A stretch of 64,000 nt of DNA from contig CAZEFT010000002.1 in NCBI GenBank assembly GCA_964511495.1, positions 67,112 to 131,111 of the forward strand. Direction: 5' to 3'. Shown in pieces: positions 40,880-50,087 of the stretch. Numbering within the stretch: position 1 is the stretch's first letter; each line of letters starts with the position of its first letter. The notes below the pieces were generated by a model that saw nothing but the letters and a program-made list of their open reading frames with translations, was not told the origin of the DNA and ran no database searches. This DNA is from an uncultured Algimonas sp. (GTDB lineage: Bacteria; Pseudomonadota; Alphaproteobacteria; Caulobacterales; Maricaulaceae). The position numbers and the translations under genes were made by a program.

Positions 40880-41605
40880 ATGAAAAGACTTACCGCAACT
40901 TTAGCATCTATCAGTGCTTTAGCTCTAACGGCAGTCGCACCAAGTGCGGCAGCGCAAGATTTGAACATCTGTACGCAAGAGAGCATTACGCAGCTTGTTT
41001 ACTTTGAATTTGCCAAGGCTCAGTCGGCTGAGACCATGTCACAAATGCAATCTGTAAGAGATATTGCAAACTTGTGTGATGTGCGTTCAATCGAGTTGGT
41101 AGGCCATACTGATACTGTTGGTTCTGCTGCCGCAAACCAAACATTATCTGTTCGTCGTGCAAATGATGTGAAAGCCGAGCTCGTGAAAATGGGTATCTCT
41201 GGCGATCTTATCTCCACATCTGGTGCAGGTGAAACTCAGCCTTTCATCCCAACAGCTGATAATGTGAAGGAACAACTTAACCGCCGTGTTGAAGTTCGTT
41301 TGGTCTTGAACCCTCTCGTCATTCAGCAAGAGCCTGTCTATGTTGAACCAGAGCCAGTTTATGTTGAGCCGGAGCCCGTCTACGTTGAGCCAGAACCCGT
41401 TTTCGTTGAACCAACGCCAGCTCCTACTCCTGAGCCCACACCAGTTGTAGAGGTTGCCCCAACTCCAGCACCTACGCCACCAGCGCCAACACCGGTTGCT
41501 GGTCCTGCTGCAAGTAGCAACACAGCCTTGCTTCTCGCTGGCGCGGCCGCTGCTGCAGGTGGATTATTCCTTATTTTGGATGATGATACACCCGCTTCAC
41601 CATAA
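40880..41605 (+). CDS. OmpA-family peptidoglycan-binding protein with Pro-rich repeat linker and C-terminal hydrophobic anchor
   Basis: SD GGGAGGA before ATG 40880. Signal peptide MKRLTATLASISALALTAVAPSAAAQ. OmpA_C-like core ELVGHTDTVGSAAANQTLSVRRANDV...NRRVEV. Then 4x EPVYVEP, a TP/AP-rich stretch and the hydrophobic tail ALLLAGAAAAAGGLFLIL. Confidence 0.85.
   Translation: MKRLTATLASISALALTAVAPSAAAQDLNICTQESITQLVYFEFAKAQSAETMSQMQSVRDIANLCDVRSIELVGHTDTVGSAAANQTLSVRRANDVKAELVKMGISGDLISTSGAGETQPFIPTADNVKEQLNRRVEVRLVLNPLVIQQEPVYVEPEPVYVEPEPVYVEPEPVFVEPTPAPTPEPTPVVEVAPTPAPTPPAPTPVAGPAASSNTALLLAGAAAAAGGLFLILDDDTPASP
41330..41413 (+). repeat. Four tandem 21-nt (7-codon EPVYVEP) repeats inside the OmpA-like gene
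   Basis: gagcctgtctatgttgaacca / gagccagtttatgttgagccg / gagcccgtctacgttgagcca / gaacccgttttcgttgaacca. Apart from one Y-to-F replacement in unit 4, the differences between units are synonymous. Confidence 0.9.
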
Positions 41606-41626
41606 GTTTGAGCACATTTGATATTA

Positions 41627-41655
41627 AACCCGGTCTTTGAGGCCGGGTTTTTTTA
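41627..41655 (+). terminator. Rho-independent terminator after the OmpA-like gene
   Basis: ACCCGGTC tttga GGCCGGGT followed by TTTTTTT. Confidence 0.75.
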
Positions 41656-41674
41656 TGCCTTGGCTTAAGACGTC

Positions 41675-41711
41675 AAAAAAATAGCGCGAATGGGTTTGAC
41701 CAAATCGCGCT
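41675..41711 (-). terminator. Putative rho-independent terminator for the DUF2853 gene
   Basis: On the - strand: TAGCGCGA, a 14-nt loop, TCGCGCTA, then TTTTTTT. The loop is large. Confidence 0.5.
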
Positions 41712-41744
41712 AAATTTTGTTAAGCTAGTTGTTTAAAGTAAGAA

Positions 41745-42062
41745 CTAGAGGCCTTCTAACTTTCCGGCATTTTTGGTTAGGATGTAGAGGAATGTGACAC
41801 GTTGTTTGTTGCGATCACCCTTCATCGTTTCACAAACAGCATCCACAGCCGCTCCGGCTTCATCAGTGTCCATGCCCAACTTCTTTTTGCAAAACCCGTC
41901 TCTGACGCGGTTTTTTTCAGTTTCGTCAGAACAGGAGACAAGTGATGAGTCACGATTCTGTAGTGCAATACCACAATAATTTACAATTTTTTGAACGTGT
42001 GCTTCAGACGCGCCCGCGTCATAACGTTTCACGTCTTCTATATAATCTGCAGCTTTCGCCAT
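41745..42062 (-). CDS. DUF2853-like small protein
   Basis: 105 aa. YIEDVKRYDAGASEAHVQKIVNYCGIALQNRDSSLVSCSD matches my recollection of DUF2853. Confidence 0.7.
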   Translation of the reverse strand: MAKAADYIEDVKRYDAGASEAHVQKIVNYCGIALQNRDSSLVSCSDETEKNRVRDGFCKKKLGMDTDEAGAAVDAVCETMKGDRNKQRVTFLYILTKNAGKLEGL

Positions 42063-42263
42063 AAGTCTCTCCTCAATAGTTAATAAAACTATACTAATAT
42101 TGAGTGTGATCTAATTTCAAGCTTAAGTTTAGGCTCGTTGTCTCATTCTTGACATGTTTAAACCTCATTCGAGGGTATGATTTTTGCCCGTGAAGCGTTA
42201 TCCAATAAGCGGGCGCGAAGTTGAAAAAGAGAATCGTCTATTTCCGGCAAGCAAAATAAAACT

Positions 42264-43391
42264 CTGTCACGAACGCTTGATTACCTAGATGAGCTTGTTC
42301 GTTTCGACACCCGAAACGGCCAAGGCGATGAGATGGTCTGTGTCGACTGGTTGTCAGAGACACTTAAACAATTCTCCCCTGATAAGCTGATCAAAAATTC
42401 AGTGAAACGCTCCCGTGGTAAGTCAGAGAGTGCTTATGTCTTAGCAATTTGGGGGCGACCTGAGCTTCTTTTGAATGTTCATATTGATACAGTCCCCAGC
42501 GGGGAAGGATGGCTCGCGGACCCTTTGATATTACGGCAAGAGACAGATCGTGTGATCGGTCTGGGGGCGTGCGATATAAAAGGGGCGGCAGCTTGCATTT
42601 TGGCTGCTCTCGAGTCGTCAAAGCCTAACAATTTGGCTGTTTTATTTTCCGGTGATGAAGAACATGGCAGTGAAGTTATGCCTGCGATAGTTCAAGCGGG
42701 TCATTTAGACGGCGTCAAATCGGCAATCGTTTGCGAACCCACAGGATGCAAAGTCGGCAAGAGACATCGAGGTATGCTCGCTGTCAGAGCTGATTTTTCA
42801 GGGCCGGGTGGTCATAGCTCATTGGCAGACAGTTTAGAGGCACCTTGTTTGCAAGCTGCAAAACTTGCCTCATCAATCGGGGAATACGGTCGAGAGCATA
42901 GGCTTTTCGGAACTGAGCCTTTCAAAGGCCTATGTACCAATATTGGCGATATTAAAAGTGATGGAGTTTACAATGTCGTTCCGACGACGGCCTCTCTTTG
43001 GGTGTCTATGCGGCCCCCACCCGGGGATGATGTTCGTGCTCGTGAAGCTGACATTTACGAAATGGGCCGAGCGGTAAAGGCAGAATTAGATACAATCGTT
43101 GCTTTCGAACCTTTCGAGACAAAAGACATCATATATTTTGAAAAACTGTTCCAAGGTTTTGAATTTATTGATCTTCCTTATTGGACGGAAGCGGCTATGT
43201 TATCCGAAGCAGGCATCAATACGGTTGTATTTGGGCCAGGATATATTGAACAAGCCCATAAGCCCGAAGAATGGGTGAGCCTGTCACAATTACAGAAAGC
43301 AGTCGAGTTTTTTGAGGTTTTGATAAAGACGAGAGCCCCTACAAAAGGCGCGGAGAAAAAAGGGGCAAAGACGGAAGGTTCATCAGCATGA
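42264..43391 (+). CDS. argE: M20-family N-acetylornithine/N-acetylcitrulline deacetylase (ArgE-like); start codon unresolved
   Basis: LNVHIDTVP, DRVIGLGACDIKGAAA, FSGDEEHG, HRGM, PGYIEQAHKPEEWV. The conserved N-terminal segment TLDYLDELVRFDTRN lies upstream of the first ATG (42333). The only in-frame candidates are CTG 42264 and ATT 42240. Confidence 0.8.
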   Translation: MSRTLDYLDELVRFDTRNGQGDEMVCVDWLSETLKQFSPDKLIKNSVKRSRGKSESAYVLAIWGRPELLLNVHIDTVPSGEGWLADPLILRQETDRVIGLGACDIKGAAACILAALESSKPNNLAVLFSGDEEHGSEVMPAIVQAGHLDGVKSAIVCEPTGCKVGKRHRGMLAVRADFSGPGGHSSLADSLEAPCLQAAKLASSIGEYGREHRLFGTEPFKGLCTNIGDIKSDGVYNVVPTTASLWVSMRPPPGDDVRAREADIYEMGRAVKAELDTIVAFEPFETKDIIYFEKLFQGFEFIDLPYWTEAAMLSEAGINTVVFGPGYIEQAHKPEEWVSLSQLQKAVEFFEVLIKTRAPTKGAEKKGAKTEGSSA

Positions 43392-44545
43392 ATTCCAAAT
43401 CCGTTCGACAAACCGTTCTGACCAGTCTGTCAGCAATCGGAGCCAGTCGCGAAGCTCGCTTTTATGCAGACCTTTTCGCCAAACAAGATGCTGAACGCTT
43501 TGCGCTGATTGTAATTGATCCGCGATGTTTGAAGAACCCATTGCTTGAGGCTCTTGTCAGTAATCTCAAACTTCTCTTTGATTTGGGGTTGTCTCCTATT
43601 TTACTGGTTGGGGCGATGGATGAAGACCGGACGTCCGTTAAATTTCAAGCCCAACGTTTATCCCGGGAGTTAGATCAAGCGTCTGTTCGCGCCACTAAAT
43701 TGAATACACGCTCATATGGATTGATTCCTGATGTCAGAAAGAAAGCCAAATCCGGTCTAATGCCGATTTTGGAAATGACCGAAAGACGCGGTGAGATGAA
43801 TTTGAACGCGCTCGTTAGGGAGATTAATCCCTATAAAGTCATTTTCCTGCAACCCTCTGGCGGCTTGGTCAAACGAGGGCGACGCATTCGCAATTTAGAC
43901 ACGGAGAGTGTCTCTGACTGGCTAGAAGACGAGAACCACCTTTCCGAGGGGCAAAGGCAGTTTCTGCGCTTTGTCCATGAAATGAAAAATGCTTCAGACG
44001 AACTTTCCCAAAGGCACCGCTCCTATATCATGGCCTCGCCACTCAACCTGTTGCCTGAATTGTTCACAACGAAAGGTTCAGGAACACTGATAAGGCGTCG
44101 CGCCCTCATTTCGAAATATACAAGGTTTTCTGATCTGGATGTGCCGCGTTTGCGTCAGTCCATTGAAGACGCCTTTGGAAAAATATTATCTGAAACCTAT
44201 TTCGAAAATTCCATTCACTCCGCTTATGTCGAGGATAATTACAGAGGCGGGGCGGTTTTTGTGAAAGTTGCAGATCACTTATATCTCTCAAAATTTTGGG
44301 TTATTGAAGAGGCGCGCGGTGAGGGGTTGGCCAAGGAAATCTGGGAGTCTATGTCGCAGGGGGACAACCAATTTTTTTGGCGTTCACGCTTGAAAAACCC
44401 ATTTAATGATTGGTACATGAAAAAGTGCGACGGCATGCAAATCACTCCGCCGTGGCGTCTATTCTGGAAAGGCCTAAGGCAGGATGCTTTAGCCGAAACG
44501 ATGTCTTATGCTGTTTCACAGCCCGAAGACTTTATAGCACCTTAA
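43388..44545 (+). CDS. Vertebrate-like N-acetylglutamate synthase (amino-acid-kinase-like domain + DUF619/NAT domain)
   Basis: The C-terminus YLSKFWVIEEARGEGLAKEIWESM...FFWRSRLKNPFNDWYMKKCDGMQ...LFWKGL resembles the NAT domain of mammalian NAGS. The N-terminal AAK-like fold is ARFYADLF...FALIVIDPRCL...LGLSPILLVG. ATGA overlap with argE. Confidence 0.8.
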   Translation: MNSKSVRQTVLTSLSAIGASREARFYADLFAKQDAERFALIVIDPRCLKNPLLEALVSNLKLLFDLGLSPILLVGAMDEDRTSVKFQAQRLSRELDQASVRATKLNTRSYGLIPDVRKKAKSGLMPILEMTERRGEMNLNALVREINPYKVIFLQPSGGLVKRGRRIRNLDTESVSDWLEDENHLSEGQRQFLRFVHEMKNASDELSQRHRSYIMASPLNLLPELFTTKGSGTLIRRRALISKYTRFSDLDVPRLRQSIEDAFGKILSETYFENSIHSAYVEDNYRGGAVFVKVADHLYLSKFWVIEEARGEGLAKEIWESMSQGDNQFFWRSRLKNPFNDWYMKKCDGMQITPPWRLFWKGLRQDALAETMSYAVSQPEDFIAP

Positions 44546-44577
44546 AATGAAGACCTCAAAGAAAGTTACCTATCCCC

Positions 44578-45702
44578 ATGACGATTAATGTGACGAGCGC
44601 TTTTGACGGCGGCAATATTGAGGTTATTCGGGCGGATGACCCGCAGGACATTTGCCTGAACATTGAAAAGGATAATGCGTCTGATTTTTACCAATGGTTT
44701 TATTTTCGTCTGACCGGTGCGAAAGAGGAAGACTGTCGGATGGTCTTGGAAAATGCTAAAAATGCTGCTTTTGTCGGCGGTTGGGAGAATTACCGCGCAT
44801 GTGCCAGTTATGACCGTAAACACTGGTTTCGCGTTGAAACGACCTCCTATGAAAATGGTCAACTCATCATAAATCATAAACCGGTGCAGGACAGTATTTA
44901 TTACGCTTATTTCGCACCTTACAGCATTGAGCGTCATCATGACCGTATCGCTGAATACGCCCAAAATGAGGGTGTGGCCTTACGGGTTATTGGGCATTCT
45001 ATTGAGGGACAAACGCTAGACTGTCTCGAAATTGGTGAAGGCGACATCAATATATGGGTAATCGCGCGTCAACATCCCGGGGAAACCATGGCGGAATGGT
45101 GGATGGATGGGTTTATCACCCATCTCATTCGCGGTCAGGACGAAGCGACATGCACGCTACGCGAAAAAGCCAAACTTTTTATTGTGCCGAATATGAACCC
45201 TGATGGGAGTTGTCGCGGAAATTTGCGTACCAATGTGGCCGGGGCAAATCTGAACCGGGAATGGGGTGTGGCGACTTTGGAGAAGTCTCCTGAAGTGGTG
45301 CATACGGTCGAGGCGATGGATGAGAACCCTCCGCGATTATGTTTAGATGTCCACGGAGATGAAGCACTGCCTTATAATTTTATAGCCGGGGCGGAAGGTA
45401 TTCCGGGCTATACGGAGAAGCAGGCGAAAAATCTCGCAGATTTCCTTCAGGCTTACAAAAAATCCTCTCCCGATTTCCAGACGGAGAAGGGTTATGGACT
45501 GTCGGCACCGGGTGAAGGCAATTTGACCATGTGCACGAATTTCACTGCGCATCGTTATGACTGTTTGGCAATGACACTGGAAATGCCGTTTAAAGATAAT
45601 GCCAATCGCCCAGACGATGTTGTCGGGTGGTCGCCTGAACGCTCGGCTGAATTAGGGGAAGCTGTTATTCAGGCGATGGTGAATGTTCTTGATCAGCTTT
45701 AG
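44578..45702 (+). CDS. M14-family zinc carboxypeptidase, cytosolic-carboxypeptidase-like (N-terminal beta-sandwich + catalytic domain)
   Basis: N-terminal domain FDGGNIEVI...YQWFYFRL. Zinc motif ARQHPGET (HxxE). LDVHGDE. No signal peptide. Confidence 0.8.
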   Translation: MTINVTSAFDGGNIEVIRADDPQDICLNIEKDNASDFYQWFYFRLTGAKEEDCRMVLENAKNAAFVGGWENYRACASYDRKHWFRVETTSYENGQLIINHKPVQDSIYYAYFAPYSIERHHDRIAEYAQNEGVALRVIGHSIEGQTLDCLEIGEGDINIWVIARQHPGETMAEWWMDGFITHLIRGQDEATCTLREKAKLFIVPNMNPDGSCRGNLRTNVAGANLNREWGVATLEKSPEVVHTVEAMDENPPRLCLDVHGDEALPYNFIAGAEGIPGYTEKQAKNLADFLQAYKKSSPDFQTEKGYGLSAPGEGNLTMCTNFTAHRYDCLAMTLEMPFKDNANRPDDVVGWSPERSAELGEAVIQAMVNVLDQL

Positions 45703-46022
45703 GCCGGGTTGGCTTTAACAAATTCATATATATCGCGAATTTTTATCATGTTCAGTTCGCGCGTGCGATTGCCGATTAGAAAGCAATCAATGATGACCCA
45801 AATGCCAAGGCCGCCAAAGGTTAAGAGCTTCAACACACCCGCTAATATATCACCGACAATAAAGCGGTCGACGCCAAAATTACCCAACCACATATTCCAA
45901 CCAAACATAGCGACCGGATTGAGCGTTTCGTTTTGAACAATATCCATAAATTTGAAACGGTCAGCATCATTTAATGATGCGGCCATATCCACCAATTCGC
46001 GATCATATCTAAAGCGGTTCAT
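45699..46022 (-). CDS. TM2-domain membrane protein
   Basis: 107 aa. WLGNFGVDRFIVGDILAGVLKLLTFGGLGIWVIIDCFLI (TM2 pattern). Convergent 4-nt overlap with the M14 gene end. Confidence 0.7.
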   Translation of the reverse strand: MNRFRYDRELVDMAASLNDADRFKFMDIVQNETLNPVAMFGWNMWLGNFGVDRFIVGDILAGVLKLLTFGGLGIWVIIDCFLIGNRTRELNMIKIRDIYEFVKANPA

Positions 46023-46172
46023 TCTCTCTCCTTTGCACCGTTCTTATTGTTAATCGATATGGTTCTACTTCCGACCTTTTTCAAGAGGTGAAGGTCCGTT
46101 TTGTCAAAAATTCGATGTGGACAATATCTCAAACCCCTCTGCCCGAATCGGGAAAGGGCTCTATAAAGACTT

Positions 46173-46967
46173 ATGCAACAATATCTCGACCTTCTCTCCC
46201 ACGTTATGGAAAATGGCACGGATCGTATGGACAGAACGGGTACGGGGACACGCGGTGTCTTTGGCTATCAAATGCGATTTGACCTCTCACAGGGTTTTCC
46301 CATGGTCACCACCAAGAAACTGCACAAAAAATCAATCGTCCATGAGCTCATTTGGTTTCTCGCCGGGGATACGAATATAAACTACCTCAAAGAAAACGGT
46401 GTCCGTATCTGGGATGAATGGGCGGATGAAAACGGTGATCTCGGCCCGGTCTATGGAAAACAATGGCGACGATGGGAAGGCCCGGAGGGCCGTGTTATTG
46501 ATCAAGTCAAAAATGTTGTAGAGGCCATAAAAAACAATCCCTATTCCCGCCGACATATTGTCAGCGCGTGGAACCCGTCCGATGTGGATGATATGGCTCT
46601 GCCGCCATGTCACTGCTTGTTTCAGTTTCATGTGGCTAATGGCAAATTGAGTTGTCAGCTTTACCAGCGCAGTGCCGATATATTTCTTGGTGTTCCCTTC
46701 AATATCGCGAGCTACGCCTTACTGACTCACATGATGGCGCAGGTTTGCGATCTGGAGGTCGGCGATTTCGTCCATAGTTTTGGCGATGCACATATTTATT
46801 CCAATCACTTTGAACAGGTGAAGCTACAGCTCACGAGAGAGCCTATGCCTCTGCCAAAACTAACACTGAATTCGGATGTGAAGGAAATTGATGGGTTTCA
46901 ATACTCTGATGTGAAAATCACAGGATACAAATCGCACCCACATATTGCGGGGAAAGTGGCGGTTTAA
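46173..46967 (+). CDS. thyA: Thymidylate synthase (ThyA)
   Basis: [15 protein letters not shown], active-site LPPCH, DAHIY. 264 aa. Confidence 0.97.
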   Translation: MQQYLDLLSHVMENGTDRMDRTGTGTRGVFGYQMRFDLSQGFPMVTTKKLHKKSIVHELIWFLAGDTNINYLKENGVRIWDEWADENGDLGPVYGKQWRRWEGPEGRVIDQVKNVVEAIKNNPYSRRHIVSAWNPSDVDDMALPPCHCLFQFHVANGKLSCQLYQRSADIFLGVPFNIASYALLTHMMAQVCDLEVGDFVHSFGDAHIYSNHFEQVKLQLTREPMPLPKLTLNSDVKEIDGFQYSDVKITGYKSHPHIAGKVAV

Positions 46968-46987
46968 TTTGCCTCATGCGTGCCAGG

Positions 46988-47320
46988 TCACGCTTTCTTT
47001 ACAAACATTGTTTTCAGCTTCATCGCGCCAATTCCGTCGATTTTACAATCAATATCGTGATCTTCATCGATCAGTCGATTGATTTTTACCTTCGTCCCGA
47101 CCTTGGCGACCTTTGATGTGCCTTTGACTTTAAGATCCTTAATGAGAGTAACAATGTCACCGTCTTGCAAGACATTGCCATTGGCGTCTTTGTAAATTCT
47201 TTCGCCCGGATTGGGCATATTGGGGTTCCATTCATGCGCACATTCGGGACAGACCAGAAGTGCACCGTCTTCATAGGTGTAGGTGCAGGCACAAGCGGGG
47301 CAGGGCGGGTTGTCGGACAT
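46988..47320 (-). CDS. yjdM: Zinc-ribbon protein YjdM/PhnA
   Basis: CPACA...CPECAHEW zinc ribbon followed by the conserved C-terminal domain [11 protein letters not shown]...DLKVKG...GTKV. Confidence 0.9.
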   Translation of the reverse strand: MSDNPPCPACACTYTYEDGALLVCPECAHEWNPNMPNPGERIYKDANGNVLQDGDIVTLIKDLKVKGTSKVAKVGTKVKINRLIDEDHDIDCKIDGIGAMKLKTMFVKKA

Positions 47321-47401
47321 TGTCTAAGCTTTCTTATTTGGCTTCTACTTGCACTCCCTGTCTTTCTGCGCCATCAAAAACTTAGGGTATAAGAGGAGAT
47401 C

Positions 47402-48784
47402 ATGATGAAATATTTATTGGCAGGCACAGCCGTTTTGCTAGCGTTAGGCACATCTTTTGGCGCGCTAGCGGATGATTTAACCAAAACTGTTTCGAAAGAT
47501 TATGATTACGTTTTCGATCTCTACAAACATTTCCATGAAAACCCTGAATTGTCCTTCAAGGAAGAAAAATCGTCAGAACGTTTGTCTCAAGAATTACGCT
47601 CTTTAGGATTCGAGGTTACGGAGCGGGTCGGTGATAAATGGGTAAAAAAGAAAGTAAAAAAGGACGTGGGTGAAGTGCTGCCCGGCGTCGGCGGATATGG
47701 TGTCGTTGCCGTGCTGAAAAATGGCGATGGCCCGACCGTTATGTTACGCGCCGATATGGATGCCCTGCCATTGGAAGAAAAAACAGGTTTAAGCTACACC
47801 TCCAAAGTCGTTGCGACGGATCATTATGGGAAAGAAGCGCCCGTTATGCATGCCTGTGCCCATGATAGCCATATGGCCATTATGGTCGGCGCTGCGAGGC
47901 AATTGGTGAAGCGAAAGGACGAATGGAAAGGGACGTTGGTTTTGATTGGCCAGCCGGCCGAAGAGATTGGCTTGGGGGCCATAGCTATGCTCGAAGACGG
48001 GCTGATGACACGCTTTCCAAAACCGGATTATGTGTTGGCGACCCATACATCAGGATGGGACCCTGCGGGGATGATTACCTATACGTCCGGCTATGCCTTA
48101 GCCAATGTGGACTCCGTTGATATTCTTATCAAAGGTGTCGGCGCGCATGGTTCCGCCCCGCATATGGGCAAAGACCCGATTGTGATTGGCTCGCAGATAG
48201 TCAATGCGTTGCAAACTCTGGTTTCACGCGAAGTCAATCCTCTTGAGGCCGGTGTCGTGACCGTAGGTTCCTTCCGTGCGGGCTATAAACACAATATCAT
48301 TCCGGACGAAGCGAAGCTCCAAATCACAGTGCGGTCTTATGACGATGATGTGCGGAAAACCTTATTGGACGGGATTGAGCGGATTGCTCTAGCGCAAGCG
48401 CGTTCAGCAGGATTGCCCGAAGAGTTGATGCCGGAAGTGTCTTATGAGAGCGACTACACGCCTTCGACGTTTAATGACCCTGAAATGACCGAGCGGGTAA
48501 TGGGTGCGATCAAAGCTTCAATTGGCGAGGAGAAAGTGGGCACACGACCACCGAGCATGGGAGGTGAGGATTTCTCCCAATTCCACCGCTATGACCGTGA
48601 CATTCCGACCTTAATTTTCTGGACGGGCGGCGCTGAGCCTAAAGCCTTCAAGAAGGCCGTGGAAACAGGCGGTAGCCTTCCACCGGCCAATCACTCGCCT
48701 TTCTTTGCGCCTCTGCCGGAGCCTTCACTGAAGCTGGGTGTGCAATCAATGACAGCGGGCGCGTTGGAGCTGTTTTCAGAATAA
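47402..48784 (+). CDS. Secreted M20D-family amidohydrolase (hippurate-hydrolase-like)
   Basis: Signal peptide MMKYLLAGTAVLLALGTSFGALA. HENPELSFKE, LRADMDALP, HACAHDSH, GQPAEE. Confidence 0.85.
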   Translation: MMKYLLAGTAVLLALGTSFGALADDLTKTVSKDYDYVFDLYKHFHENPELSFKEEKSSERLSQELRSLGFEVTERVGDKWVKKKVKKDVGEVLPGVGGYGVVAVLKNGDGPTVMLRADMDALPLEEKTGLSYTSKVVATDHYGKEAPVMHACAHDSHMAIMVGAARQLVKRKDEWKGTLVLIGQPAEEIGLGAIAMLEDGLMTRFPKPDYVLATHTSGWDPAGMITYTSGYALANVDSVDILIKGVGAHGSAPHMGKDPIVIGSQIVNALQTLVSREVNPLEAGVVTVGSFRAGYKHNIIPDEAKLQITVRSYDDDVRKTLLDGIERIALAQARSAGLPEELMPEVSYESDYTPSTFNDPEMTERVMGAIKASIGEEKVGTRPPSMGGEDFSQFHRYDRDIPTLIFWTGGAEPKAFKKAVETGGSLPPANHSPFFAPLPEPSLKLGVQSMTAGALELFSE

Positions 48785-48811
48785 TTTTATAAGCGTTTAT
48801 TGGTGAGCTTT

Positions 48812-49396
48812 TCAAGTCTCCGCTCGCGTCTCTCTTGGTTTCTCAATGCGTTGACGAATGAGCCACCATATGACGATGGCACCGACCATTTTTCCAGCGA
48901 CGCTCATAATGATATTGGGGGCAGTTAATTGACCATCTCGAATGAAGCTGGCCCCAAACAGAAATGCCGTCGTGTCTATGGGTGCGGCGATCGCTGAAGA
49001 TAACAAAACGCGCGTGGATAATTTGTATTTTGTGAAAGTGAACATCGCATAATCCACGAGTTCGGAGATCAAAAAGGCCGCACCGCTAGCCAAGGCGAGC
49101 GCACCGCCACTGGTAACATATGTTAGACCTAATGCGATCGCCATGGCGAGTAGGACTTCATGCCCGATTTCGCGCTGTGAAAAATCGCGGACCACTAAAA
49201 CCAGACCTGTCACAACCGTTACTGGATTGAACGCCCAAGCGGCCAAACCCGGTAGATTGACCATTGGTGCCCAAGTGAAGCTCCAATTGATAAACGGAAT
49301 CAAAAGAATATAGAGCAGCGTATATTTAACGCTTAATAGGCTCGTTTTAGGCGTTGCCCTTTCTGTTTGGGTATCAGTGGTGTCTTGCTTTACCAT
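48812..49396 (-). CDS. VUT/YhhQ-family (DUF165) membrane transporter, putative queuosine-precursor transporter
   Basis: Polytopic membrane protein. VRDFSQREIG, SELVDYAMF, APIDTTAFLF resemble the YhhQ family. Assignment is by eye only. Confidence 0.55.
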   Translation of the reverse strand: MVKQDTTDTQTERATPKTSLLSVKYTLLYILLIPFINWSFTWAPMVNLPGLAAWAFNPVTVVTGLVLVVRDFSQREIGHEVLLAMAIALGLTYVTSGGALALASGAAFLISELVDYAMFTFTKYKLSTRVLLSSAIAAPIDTTAFLFGASFIRDGQLTAPNIIMSVAGKMVGAIVIWWLIRQRIEKPRETRAET

Positions 49397-49482
49397 GTGT
49401 TCCGCCTGTCATTCTTACAAACTGAAAATCTCGAAGAGAGTCATGCTATACGGCAAGTGACTATCCGTGTAACCCTTTGCCT

Positions 49483-50010
49483 ATGGCAACGAATCCTAAA
49501 TTATCTTTGATTGTGGCACGGGCCCAAAACGGTGTAATTGGGAGGGAGGGGGACTTGCCGTGGCGTCTCCCGTCCGATTTGAAATTTTTCAAGGCAACAA
49601 CTTTGGGGAAACCCGTCCTGATGGGGCGCAAAACATGGGAAAGCCTGCCTTTCCCCTTACCGGGTCGTCCTAACCTGGTGTTGACGAGAGACATATCTTA
49701 TCAAGCCCTCAAAGCCGAAGTGTTTACAGAATTAAGCGAAATGGTCGGGCGTGGGTTTGAACTGGCCGGAAAAACAAACATCGATGAAATTATGGTGATT
49801 GGGGGGGCGGAGCTATACCGAACACTTATGCCATATATAGATAGACAATATGTGACGCAGATTTTGTCTGATGTAGAAGGGGATGCTTATTTCGATGCAC
49901 CTGACCCGCAATATTGGCATTTGACGGAGCGGCGAACAGGTCTAAAAACAGACAGAGACGATTATGATTTTGCAGTAGAAATTTGGGATCGCAGACGCGA
50001 TAAGTCTTAA
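49483..50010 (+). CDS. folA: Dihydrofolate reductase
   Basis: LSLIVARAQNGVIGREGDLPWRLPSDLKFFKATTLGKPVLMGRKTWESL, VIGGAELY. Confidence 0.93.
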   Translation: MATNPKLSLIVARAQNGVIGREGDLPWRLPSDLKFFKATTLGKPVLMGRKTWESLPFPLPGRPNLVLTRDISYQALKAEVFTELSEMVGRGFELAGKTNIDEIMVIGGAELYRTLMPYIDRQYVTQILSDVEGDAYFDAPDPQYWHLTERRTGLKTDRDDYDFAVEIWDRRRDKS

Positions 50011-50087
50011 AAGGGAATCTACACGTATCACCCTTGTAATGAGACGCAGCGCGACCAAGTAAGAAGAAACACTTTTCGGAGACATTT

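Noticed and set aside
46173-50010. thyA and folA in the same neighbourhood, considered as a possible mobile trimethoprim-resistance-type unit
   Set aside because: Both look like ordinary chromosomal housekeeping versions. They are separated by unrelated core genes and have no mobile-element signatures.
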